From Welwitschia mirabilis (lineage: Eukaryota): DNA of 64,000 nucleotides. This document shows, piece by piece, positions 12,850 to 26,404 of the stretch. Location of the stretch: positions 21,703,704-21,767,703 of the forward strand of contig JBOZIK010000001.1 in assembly GCA_051453625.1 (NCBI GenBank). The letters run 5' to 3'. Position 1 is the first letter of the stretch; each line of letters begins with the position of its first letter. Made by a program: the position numbers and the translations under genes. The notes under the pieces were generated by a model. That model worked only from the letters and a program-made list of their open reading frames with translations. It made no database searches and was not told the origin of the DNA.

Positions 12850-15210
12850 ATATAAATAATGCTTTTGGCTCATGACAAATCTTACAACAATATGAAAGTT
12901 GCCTTGTAAGACAATACTCTCTTCACCTTAATAAAGTATAATAGTAATGTAAGATGCTTCTCATAAGGTAGTAAACTCTTCCCCTTAGGGAAATACAATA
13001 ATGCAAGTTCTCACAACATAACCTCAATGCACAGCCATAGAAGGATTGCCTTATAATGAGTTTGATAATACAATAATGAACTTTATAATAGTATTCAAGA
13101 ATAAGATAGTCCAATAATATAGGACCCAAAAAATATAATACAAAAACAAGCTTGAATGATGTAGCTTTAATGATGAGTTTGAGTTCCTTATTGTCATCAT
13201 CTTTACAAGTGCCAATAAATGATGAAATAATGTAGGATCCAAGAACAAATATTATAGACACTATAAGCTCCTTTGAAAATGATAGCTTTAATCATTCATG
13301 ATAATTTTCAAATACCTATGCATTATTCATTATATATTTAATTTCATTGTTATTTTCTTGGAAGTGCTTGATTTATTCCATGATGTCATGCCTTTATACC
13401 ATTAAAGAGAAACTATCTATTTGACCTTGAATAGTAGTCATTTAAACTTTATAACTGTCACGTAATAGATATGATAATCTAGGAATTAGATGCACATATT
13501 CATTTTTATTTGATATGAATCTTGATCCAAGATGTCTTCAAAATTGTAGACATCTACTAATAGTCAAATGTCTTTACCTATTTAATGTCTTCAATCAACT
13601 TACAGAAAATGATGAAACTTGGTCTATATTAACTTGGGTTCCATGATCATTAATCCACTATGGAAAATTTGTTAGCTTCTTGAAACATATAATATTAGTT
13701 AAAATATGAAATAACTTTATTTTCTTATTTTAGTTCGGCATATACATGTTCAAACATGTAGATGTCTTCCATTAGTGTATGGCTTCCCAACCTGGGTATG
13801 TCTATAAATAAAGCATAGCTTTACTCACACCATTGGATATTCTTAACCTACATGAAAATAGTGGTTTTCTAGTGCATAACCAATCTTATAATAAGTAAAA
13901 GTCTTCTTGCAAGGTAATACTCTCTTTTCTACAATAAAATAGTGGTTTTTATAAGCACACCATAAACCTTATTTGAGTATCCTCGCAAGGTAGTACTCTT
14001 TTCCCCATAAGGAAATAATGGTTTTTTGGCTTACTAATAATCTTACAATAAGCAAGTACTTATAAGTAATATTTTAAGTGCAGAACCTTATAAGGATTAC
14101 CATACAATGAGTTTGATTCAATAATGTACTTATAATAATATTCAATAATAAGATAGTCTAATAATGTAGAACCATACATACAATAGAATAACGAGCTTAA
14201 AAGATGTATCTTTGATGAAGACTTAATATTCTTATTGCATTATTATCACCATGAGTGGAAATGAATGATGCAATAATGTAGGATCTAACAGTAATGATGA
14301 ACATAATGCAAGCTCTTATACAAATGATGTATTTGATCCTTCGTGAAATGATCCTTTTATCCATATGATTTCCATTCTATATTTCTTTTTTATCAATTAA
14401 TTGCCAAGATTTTAAAGCTTTATATTTGTTGAGGTATCAAGATTCAAAATTTATTGAATATTCTATCACATCATACCTTTATACAATCAAAGGGAATCTA
14501 GTTGTTTGAGCTTAAAAAGTAGCTATTTAACTTTGTAATTACTATGTAATGGATAGGTAATGTCTAGGTGTTAGGTATGTATCTTTCCTTTTCATCAACA
14601 TGATCTATGGTTTAAGACATCTTCACATTTGTAGATGTCTACTAATAATAAAATGCCTTCACCTTATAAATAACTTTAGTGAACTTATCTAGATTTTGAT
14701 GAAACTATTCTGCATAATCCTTGGGTCTCCATGATCATGAATTTATGATGTAAAATTTGATAGATCACTTAAAATGTAAAATATTAGTAAAAATCTAAAT
14801 TAGATCTATTAATTATTTTAGTTTAATATAGGCATCTTCAATCATGTAGACATCTTCACTAGTGTTAGGTTCAACTTTTAGTATGGTTGTTTTTTTATGA
14901 GATATTCATTTTTAACTTTTCAACTAAAATCTGGAACATCATAGATGTCTTCAAATTCTTAGATGTCTTCACCAGAGACATCTTCACTTCTATAAAAATC
15001 TTCAAACTATTGATTTTACATTTCAACATCTGATCCTTTTTGTGAGATATTGTCTTTGAAGATTCATCATTATCTAATATTTATCAAGATCTAATGATCT
15101 TTATAATGACATGTCTACATAACAACACAAACTATTTGGCAACTGGAATCATCAAAACTAGATTTTCCACTAGGATGTCAAAAAAAATTTTATACTAAAT
15201 TCATTAGTAA
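12850..15210 (+). repeat. LTR-like region with ~1.1-kb diverged tandem duplication (12850-13775 vs ~13990-14860)
   Basis: Shared blocks such as aatgagtttgat..aataagatagtc.aataat.tag and aataatgtaggatc. TATA ctataaata at ~13802 followed by short sub-repeats (gcaaggta.tactct...tagtggtttt). Confidence 0.7.
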
Positions 15211-17274
15211 ATAAGTAATAAAAATGAAACTATGTAGTGTAGTAATATAAAATATTAGCAAAATCCTAAAAAAATGAAAATGTAGAAAACTTAACAAGAA
15301 TTAAAAATTTAATCCTAGATGAAAATATTATTAAGAATAATGTTGAAAAATAAAAGAGGATTTAAGATTTTGTTTTATTTTTTAATATTTTTTAACTTTT
15401 TTATTTTTCAACACTTTAGCTCCTATTTAAGAGAAATACCAAGTAAGTAGAAATCTAAAAACACTTCTTAACACTATATAAAAAATTGATATAGAAATAA
15501 TAAACTTAATAGGACTAAAATCATTAATGAAATGTCAATAGAATGAAAATGAGAAAAAGGTAAGATTTCACTAGAAGAGACCAATACCACACCCTAGAGA
15601 GTGAAGTAAACAACCAAAAAAATAATAAAATCTTAGATGCAAGAAATAGAATTTGTGCATGCTTCACTATAGCTACTATGTCACTATCCCTTATAATGGT
15701 GTTAAGAAGCTTATTTGTGATAAATGTGTGGATATACTCATATCTTTATGTTGATATATGATAATATATTATTGTCTTAGGGATAAAAAAATTGTGATGT
15801 AAAATCTTAGCTTATCAATAAAATAGTTAGGACTTCCCTTTATTATATAGTCCCATTGTCAAATTTTCTGCTAAGGATACATGTGGTAGAAATAACAACA
15901 AAGTAAATACAAAACTATTGTAGTAAAATATTAAAAGTAATAATTCAAGTAGAAATTTAGGTACAAACAAAATGTTTTCAAATCAAATAAGAGAAATCTT
16001 GAAATGTAACATAGCTCTTAAGTACTAACATGTGCATTTCAAAAAGATAAGAGTCTTCCATTCCATGATATATTCATTGTTTTACATTAAATCCTAGTTT
16101 ATGATAAGTATCAATGAAGCTTAAAACATGGTAATATTATCTCATTCACCACATAAATAATGATGAAAAAGTAGTAAACTCAATCCAAAGATCATTACAT
16201 GAGTTAAATCATGAAACTAAAAAAAAAAAAAACATAAATATTAACTTGAGAAATATTATAAACTTGATATTTCACTTCAAGAATTAAAAGTATAAAAATA
16301 ATTATAACTTAAAATTAAGAAATGGAATTAATAATATTTATTATAAATTTAGAATAAAGAATTACATCATAGAATGAAAACATCAAACCTAAACATGAAA
16401 TATCCTACTAACCTCAAGCCTAGCCTATTTGCAAAAGGAAGGGTATTAGAAAGTAGACATGATAACAAGATTTCTCAACTTCAAACCCTAATTGTTCCCA
16501 AATTTATAGTTAATAGATGATATAATTCCAATAAAATAACGTACTAGATCTTTTTATATTGAAAAACTAGGATTAGTATTTTTTACTTTTTTTAAATCAT
16601 ATTTCAACTAAAAATAGAAAAACATTCAGATGCAATAAAGGACATGACCTAAAATCAGAAATGACTTATCTCATCATAACAAATCTCAGACATGTATTCT
16701 GGAGTAAAATTCCTTAAGAAACCAATGCCACCATGTTTATACTAGTATCACTAGCTTTCTATGCAATAATAGATCCATCTTTTAGCATATTCTCTAAAAT
16801 CTAGTTAATGACCTAAAAATTTCATAGATAAAGCATAAATGTCAATTATGACATTAAAAATATGATAAAACATGTTTTTATGATTAAAATAATGAAATTG
16901 ATGTCTTAACTATGATAAATTAACCCAAAATACTTAAAATAAATGATAATTTTTACATGCTAATAATGACGTATTAAGAGTATAATCCATTAAATAGATC
17001 TACGTCATGGTGCTTCGCTCCTAAATAAACTAGTATTTATGAATAGTACCACATGAAAGAGATAAGGTAAGTATATAAGTGTAAAATCTTAACTTTAAGA
17101 TTGAGTACAAAAGAAGAAAGATGAATAAATTTGCAGATGCCTTAAGTCAAGTGATGTACATGGCGAGAAATTACAAATTTGATGTTTGTTCATAATTCAT
17201 TATAGAGCTGTATCATTATGATCTAATCTTTAAGGATATTTAGGACAAGATAAAGAATCCTTTAGAAGAATATG

Positions 17275-20200
17275 TATTAAGATGCAAAAATTGACTTTTA
17301 GAACAAGTATGTTTGATTAATTTAGCTTAGTCAAAGATATTAAAATAGTTGTTTTATCATAAAATTATGTATTCAACCCTTTTTAATACAATTGCTAAAC
17401 TTATGCAGTTTTCTATGACAATTTTAGGTAACATGTTGCATGCTGGATGACATATTAGAATATGAAGATAATCTAGCTAAAAATGCAAATGTCGCTATTT
17501 AGGCACCAGTGCCACCAAGTCTTTAAAGAAAAATGTATCAAAAGCTATGTTTTAGAATCTTCATGAGAAATTAATCCCATTTTATTTGTAGTTTTAGTCA
17601 ATTATTAAATAAGAAATAATAAGTGTCTTTAATGGCATATGGTGATGGCATAGAAGATACATGGCAATAACATGTAACAGTGATACATATGATGGCATCA
17701 AAGACACATGGTAATAGCATCATTGATAGAAGAATTATGAACCCAAGGACATTTATTAAACTCATCGTGATGACCTTTACTTAATATAAGAAGACGAAGA
17801 CTCTACCTACAACTACTTAAAAAACATTATACTACCTACATACCACTATAAGACAAATGCTATCAATTATCTCTATTCCCTACTCACCTATAAAAGGGTT
17901 TTATTTCTTTATTTATAAAGGATTTTTGGCTAGATAAAATAGTGGGAACCTTTTAGAGTATTATCTATCAAGATGGTTTTCTAAGCTTCCTTTATGAAAG
18001 TAAGCTAGTTCAAGGCTAACTTTGAGGAGTCTTTATTAGCTTTGCTTTCATCCTCTGATAATAAAATAAGAGTTATTTATTTGTTATTTTGCATTGTGAT
18101 TAACCTTATAGTTTTAATGCCTAAGTGAAATAATATTGTTGAGTTCTTTCATTAAACCAAGTGAGTTTTTCAAGGTTACCTTATACTATAATCATCTTGT
18201 TTAATGAATCTTGAGCATTATAATTCTTACTTTACATGCTTACATTAGGTCATGAAAGATCAAAGGGAATGAAAAATTCATCAACAATCATGTGTGAAAT
18301 GAAATTATATCACTATGATCCAAGTTGTTATGACTTAGTAATTTAAGCTTTATTTTAGGAAGTTACAAGATATTGTTGAAGTTAAGGTTTTAATGTTGGA
18401 TAATGCAAACTATATCTCTATAGTTAGTTCATTTTTATACTTTACCATTTAATGGTTAACTCATCTTAAACTCGATTGTCATTTTTGTTTTGATTTTTAT
18501 AGGGATAGAAAATGTTGTGTTACATTTATTTAATCCTATATCGATTTAAGAATGACATCAAGACTTTACCATAATGGTAGTTTTAGTTGATATAAATTAT
18601 AAAACCTAGACATGATTAAGATTTTTTATGCATTTGTTACGGGATGATGGCATACTATCTTCATAGAAGGTGCACGAGTTTTTCTTTCTTGTGATTTGTA
18701 GTTTATTTTTTTAATTTTTAAGAACTTCTAGTGGTTGGTATTGCCCCCTTTTAATAATACCCAAATTGATTTGCTTTTCTTTTGAGTTATGTTTTTCTTT
18801 TATTTTCTATATTTCCTAGTGGTAAGTAGTGGTTTATTTCTAGTGTTATCCAAACTAGTCCTTTTTGGATTTCTATTTAATTTTCTCTCTAATTTAAACG
18901 TCATTTCCATGTTGAATATTTTATGTTGCAAGTCTAAGAAACTTTCCTATAGGCTACAACTAAAATAAGGATCAAAAGACAAAATGAAAAAATTATATAA
19001 GTTTTACTTTTATTTTTTTTAATAATTTTTTATTTTAGTCTTTAGATTTTGTTTTTAATTTTTGCATTTTAGATTTTCTTATTCAAAATTTTTAAAAAGA
19101 AAAAAAATTAGGTTGTTCCATAGGTTTTATTTTATTTCATTCCACTGTCATTTTATTTTACGCTACTTATTTTTTATGGATCATAACATGAAATGTTTTG
19201 TACAACTTCAAACATAACATGATTTAAGTTTCAAGATATTTCTCTTTAAAAACTAATACTACTAATAGACCTAATCAATATTACTAGCCTTCTTACACAA
19301 ATTACTTTCATATTTTGCAGAGGACTTTTCTTAAATCCTCTAAATGCTTTTTCATAATAGTTCCCTTTTGAACCCTCATAAAATTATTGAAATGTGACTC
19401 TAGTAGTAAATTTTATAAACCATTTTTAAACATTTAGCATGGATTGGAGTCATGACCCTTTTAGGAGACCATCTAAAATATCCCCTAAGTATTAAAATTT
19501 GTTTTCAACTCAAGAGCCTATTTAATATACACCTTCTTATTAGAATTTCTATACCCTACCTAATTGCATTTAATCTAAATAAACTATAGGAAAATATGAA
19601 AAAACCTTAAGGAATTTCTTTCTACTTAAATACTTAGATACTTCATTAGCTATTTAATATCATCTACCTTTTCTTAATAATAACCCACATGACTTTAAAC
19701 TACTAAATCCTTCCAATACAAGGTGAGCCAGTAGAGATTATCTTTAACATCTAAATACTCCTTCATACATAGATTAAAATCCTTATTATGAGTTTGAAAA
19801 GTCTTTTTTTTCACATAAGGATTTTGTTCGTATGCATTCCACCATTTCTTATGACCCATATTCTTCAACATTTAACTAACATCCTTTAGATTTTTACACA
19901 TAACAATCTTCTTCTTTAGAAGATACCCTTAAAATATTTATGAAATATCAAATGCAAATAAAATAAGACGTTCAAGCTATTACCTAGTGAAAATGTTCCA
20001 CCTTATACAATCTTGAAAAAATTCTCTAATAATTAAATGAAACCAAATCAACAAGAAGAGGAAAACCTTCCTAAATTCCATGAACATAATCTTAAGAGTC
20101 TTAAAAATCTTAAAATAAATGAGGATAGTGAAATTAATGATACTTAAGTCATATGATTTAGGAGTTAAAAAAACCTAGTAAGTAAATCCATAAGCACCTT

Positions 20201-23200
20201 AAGGATAAAAACTTATTAAAAAACTAGTAATTATTTTAGGAAATATATAACTTTAAGGAGAGTTATAAATAAGAGGATGAGTTGACAAGAGACATTAATG
20301 AAAAGAACATTAAATAAGAATGTTTCTTTGGATTACAATCATTATCACATGAGTAATTACATAAGGAGGATCCTCATAGCAATATTAATGAGGAAGAGAA
20401 CATTAACAAAGAGCTCACACATGAGCCATTGCATGAAGAACTTTTGCCCTTTTTTTAATAACTTTATGAATCATTCATTTGATCTTCATCTTCATCTTCT
20501 AAATAAGACCCAAACTTTAACGAAGGAAAAAAACCTTCATTAGCATTAAAACCATATTCTGATAATTTTATTAATGAACATTGACCTTCTCTAATGGCTT
20601 AAAACACACTTTTGTCTTTATCTCAAAATGATGTCTTACATCAGTTAGCAAGTAAGCATAAACAAGCTCAAGGATGAACTATTTCTAACTTTGCATGCAT
20701 TAAGTTTATCTCTAGTATTAATATTCTTTTTAATTTTATAGACTCATGCATATATATTTAACATGAAATCTCTCCTAGTTTAGAATGCTTGACATAATTT
20801 TAACAAATCATTCAACCTTTACTTTAAAACTCTAGAGCAACTTTCCATACATTACCTTAAAAAACCTATCATACTTTCAAAATTTTACTTTCTCTTTAGA
20901 GTTTTAGATTAATTATTTTTTTTTTATATTAGGTATAGGATGGGTAGTTCATTTATGTTAAAACTACTATTACATGATGGTGTAGCATTCATTGGACCAT
21001 CCAAGCATTTCCACCTGTGAAATCATTTCCTTAAGCCTTTTCATTTAGAAAATCCTAAACCCCACTCATTGCATAAAATAAACCACCATTAATTTAAATC
21101 TTATCATCCACCACTTTTACTTTAGCATTATTTAATAAGACTCATTAATCATTCATCTCTTCCATTCATCTATAATTTCATAAGACTTCGTGATCCTAGT
21201 TGATAACCCTTAACAAAGAAAACCTTAATATGTGATCATCTTATTAGTACAAGTTTAGGTAGAATTTAAGTATGCTTCTATTATTCAAAGATAGGTTACA
21301 CTTATTTTTAAATTATCTTATTAAGATTAGTTTCACTTGAGGTTTTCAATCTTGAAAAATATGAATGAAAAAGGTGAAAACTACTTTCATATTATACTTT
21401 TGTTTTTAACCATTTTATGAGAATAAGATTATTTTTAATTAGGCTAATGAACCAATGACCCCTCTTATGTGCATAAGAAAATGATGAATGTGAGAATTAG
21501 AACTAGAAGAAAATAAAATATATCTTATCCAAAAGTACCTTTTATTTTAATCAATTATTTGGTTTTAGTTAATTACATTAAGGCTATGGATACTCACTAG
21601 TACTATAGCCCTAATGACCTACTCATAACATTATCAACTGCATCGGGGCTATAGATACTCACTAGCAATGTAGCACTGATTTCTTTAAGAAGCAACATGT
21701 TTAATTCTATTAAAAGTAAATGTCACAATATTGGATGCTTAATATGACCTAAATGCTTGAAATAAAGATTATGTATAATTATGAAAAAGGTAAATTATGG
21801 AAAGAAAAGGTGGAATTAGGAGATACATTTATGTTACTTAACCTATGTACTTAAGAATTCACTTACAAATTTTTAAACTTTTCCAATTTTATTTAATAAT
21901 ATCTTACTTATTTGATATTTTAATTTATTAAAAATAAAATTCACAAAAATTTCAATAAAGTAACCATTAATTAACTACTTTTATATTTTGCATTCATGAT
22001 TGAAGTTCATTTCCCATTGCATTTTGTACCTATATTGTGTGCATTCCCCCTGCATATTTATGAGAAAGCATATGTGAAGGTACATATATGTTTATTGTTT
22101 TGAAATATTCCATTTCATGATTTATGATAAGACCCTAGTCTAAAAATGTCATTAAGAACTAACAATTCTTAGGCTTTAATTTTACTAAAATTTTATTCAT
22201 CTTAAGCCTCCTTATCACTTCACAACTTCACCCATTACATTTTCGTAACCATGACATGATCACATATTCATCATTCTGAATCTAAGAGCATTACCACAAA
22301 AATCCAGTAACACAGAAAAACCTCATTAGTCCTACTATTATTTTCCCTTTTTTAATAACATTCTTCTTCATATAACTTCTTATTTTGATCCATAGTCATC
22401 TTAGTTCATTAGTAGGTTATGATTCTTCATAGGATTAAATTATTACTTGGTCTTTCATTCATCTTAGTTTGACACTTTCTTCTTCATTCATTTTTATATT
22501 TTTCTCATTTCTACCTCTTCTTTCTCTTAAACTTTATCTCTCATTTCTTTCTACCCCTTTCATCTATAGTAATCATTTGTGGAACCTCCTTACTTAGCAC
22601 TTTATAATAGAATTACCTTTCACTTTATGCATCAGTTTAAACATTGTTTTTGACATTGCACTTTTTTTATTTTTTTTCCATTTTTGTTATCTACATATTG
22701 ATTTAAATTTTGCATTATACTGTGTCTCTAATTTATGGTGTAATAGAAAGTCATGTAATGAATTTTTTTTTCTTTTCAAAACTTTAACATGTTCGTAAAA
22801 AGTTGTATTAAATTTTCTCTATATTTAGAACTCTAAGGAAAAAATTCAATTTTTGTTATAAGGTATGGCATCCATTTTTCATAGAATTTTTTTGATTTTG
22901 ATGCCTTATTTTTTAAAAATTATCCAAAAATTTTGAAAAGATATATTATTTTTCATACTTGAGTTTTTTTTTCTTAGATTTTTTTCATGTTAAATTTTTT
23001 TATACTTTTTAGTAAGAATCTACTAGAATTTGATTAAGGGTGTGTTAACATGTAAAAATTGATATTCATACAAAGTATATTTGATTAATTTAGATTAGTT
23101 TATTAAAAAAGCTATTTTATCATAAACTTATGTCTTTGACCCTTTTTTAATATAATTTCTACACATATACACTTTTCCATGATAATTTGAGGTAAAATGT

Positions 23201-24389
23201 TGCATTCTAGATGACATACTAAAATATAAAGATAATCTAGATGAAAATGCTGGTATAGTTAAGGCATTAATACTATTAGTCCTTTAAAAAAAAGAATCAA
23301 AAGCTACCTTTTGAAGTCTTCATGGAAAATTAATCACATTCCAATTGTGGCCATATTTGATTATTAAATAATAAAAAACTAGTATATTAAATGGTACATG
23401 GGGATGGAGGAAAGAGACATGGTAGTGACATGTGGTAGTGATACATATGGTAATATCAAAGATGCATGGCTATAGTATCAATTGGTAGAATCATCATGAT
23501 CCAAATTCCACATGTTGGACTCATCATAATGACCTCCATCTTATACACAATGAAAACTCTATCTAAGGTACATAACAAATATTATAACTACCTAGCTACC
23601 ACCACAAGCCAAAGGCTCTGAACTACCTCTATCACATACCCACCTTAAAAGGACCTTGTGCCTTCATTTTTAAAGGATCTTTAACTAGTAAAAATAATGG
23701 AAAACCTTTAGAGTGTTAGCCATTAATATGGATTTCTAAGCTCCTTCTTTGAGAGTGAACTAACTTTGAGGATTTCTTATTAGCTTTGATTTCATCTTTT
23801 GATGTAATATAAATCCTACTTTTAATAAAGAAGTAGTTGTTCATTTTCTATTTTGAGTTACAATTAACCTCATACTTTTAATACTTAAGTGAAAATACAT
23901 TATTAAGTTCTTTCATTACCAAGTGACTTTTTTAAGGTTAATTTTCACTATAGTCATCTTGTTTGATGGATCTTAAGCATAATAGTTCTTACTTTCCATG
24001 CTTAAATTAGGCTATGAGAGATCAAAGGGATTGAGGAATTTACCAATACTTATATTATACATGAGATTATGTCATATGATCTAATTCATCACAACTTAAT
24101 AATTTAAGCTCTATTTCAAGAGTCATAGGATATTATTAAAGTGAAGGTATGCTATTATATAACTTAATTTAAAGCTCTTAATTTAGTTTATTATCCTATT
24201 TTCTTATCCAAAAATTAACTCATATCAAACTTGATTCTCATTTTTGTTTTGATTTCTTATAAGCTTAGAGGATGTTGTATTCCTTCTATTTAGTTATACC
24301 TCAATTTATCCCTATGAAAAGAATGACATCAAGTCTCTACTATAATGAGAGTTGTGATTTATATAAATTATAAAATTTTGACATGACCA
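17275..24389 (+). mobile_element. Non-autonomous LTR element with ~1.35-kb LTRs and ATATG target-site duplication
   Basis: LTRs 17275-18618 and 23043-24389 are colinear along their length. ATATG at 17270-17274 and 24390-24394. The 3' LTR is TG..CA. No RT/RH/INT motifs seen in the 4.4-kb interior. Confidence 0.88.
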
Positions 24390-26404
24390 ATATGATTGTA
24401 AGAACTTTCATATTTAAGATAACTTCCTCCATAAGAATAGTAAGTTGTACATTTCTAAGGATCATTAAGGTAGAACTTGTTGGGGAATTAAAAAAGCATT
24501 ATGAAGATATGTTTGAATATTATTGCTTGGATAAAAGACTTAATCCATTAAGGAGATCATACCATTAGTCAAATATTTATGAGAATGTATCATAGGTGAT
24601 GAAATTTGTTTACATATTAAAGAGTAAGAAAACAATCAATAAATGAAAGATTGTACATGTTATTACTAATTCCAATAAAGTCAGGATAGGACTTAAGCAT
24701 GGACTTCATTGTATGAATACTTGATTTTAAAAGAGATCATTATTCATCATGTTGGTCATCGAAAAATTCAATAAAATGATCTAATTTATTCCTTATGCTA
24801 ATATGAATGATTGTTCAAATAGGACTAATACAGTTCTTTAGAAAGATTGTGTATTTTCATGGGTTATAAAAAGTAACATTTTTATACAAATATTTCAAGT
24901 TTGTTTATTATTTTTAAAGGATTTTATGATGCATGATGGATACTAAGCTATAATATTTTGTAGTGTATCATCCATAGACAAATGAGTAGCTTAAGGTAAT
25001 GAATTACGACATTAGGATATTATAAAGATGATTTTGTGAAGGTAATCTAAATAGGTAAAATAATTAATTATGATATGTAAAATTTTATTACAATAACTAA
25101 ATGAGTAGAAGTAGATGACAATTACCATTTGAAGTGAAATACATATATCAATTGAGGATGCTAGATATGTTGCATGATATGCAAAAGACTTTAGTAATGG
25201 TAAAGGACTATGTTAAGAGCATTACAATGTCTAATCAGTATGTTTAACAAATTTTAAAAGAGTTAAACTTGAAGACTAAGAATGTATCAAATAAGAATAA
25301 AAGACATGTAAAGTCTAAGAAAAATGAAATAATGATGGCATACCTATGTAAGTAAAGATTTTCCACATGTACCTATTACAAAATTAAGTTCTAGAAGATT
25401 GGTTTATGAAAAACTTTGAAGAATATTTTACTAAATTCTTACTAGTTAGATCTTTTATAAAATGAGGATATCTCACTTATATTTAATGTTTCTAACTTGG
25501 TGAAGTATTATAGATAACCTACCAAGGATTAATCTTGGATTATAAAGTTGTAGAAATTAAAGAAAAGAAAGCAAAATTTAGATGAGAGATAAATGATTTG
25601 GATATCATAAGAAATAAATACGAACAAACATATATAAGAAGTACATAGTCTAATTACTAGTAGATTTTCTAGAAGATGAAATTTGAATTTTAGAGTACAA
25701 TAACCTATTAAGGGATCATAGAAGTCTAACAAAGAATAAATAATGTTCATGTGATAATGTACTTTTAAGTGGGGCAAGAATAATATAGGAGCATTGTAAT
25801 GTTACAAAATCATTAATTAAATAATGATGTATGTTAAGCACTAATGAAGCATGGTTAATAAGAGATTTGAATGGGTGTGACCCAAATATATAAATATGTG
25901 TTTCTTCATTATCTAATATAAGACTATGACATTAGGTGAGGTTGGATATACTAGGTGGATGTAATTGATAACAATCTTGGCTAAATCCTAAGATTCCTAG
26001 GAGGGGGACTAAGGTCGTAGTTTATGTCTTTACATATAACCACTAGTCCAAGGCTGTTTACTAATGATGTGGAATGTAATTTGCTGATATAAATAATAAA
26101 AGATTGTTTCTTTCTAAAATGGTCCTTTTTATTTCTATGAATCCTAGCATATTATTTTAAATGTTTCTTTTTATGCAAAGTAATCAAAAAATAGTAAAAT
26201 GGGAAACACTCCGTATCAGAGCCAATAACAAGTGGTAAACCACTACTTGAAGAAAAACAAGAAAGAAAATCTATTTATAAATTAAAAATAGTCAAAAGGC
26301 CAAATAGTACATTAAGGAATAAAAATATGGTGATCAAAGGAAATAAGGTATTAGCAGAAACAGGGTGCATAACACCTTAACAAAGAAAAAATCAAACATC
26401 ACAG

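Noticed and set aside
12923-13261. 112-aa hydrophobic ORF
   Set aside because: It sits in an LTR-like duplicated block, and the ORF track shows no matching ORF in the second copy.
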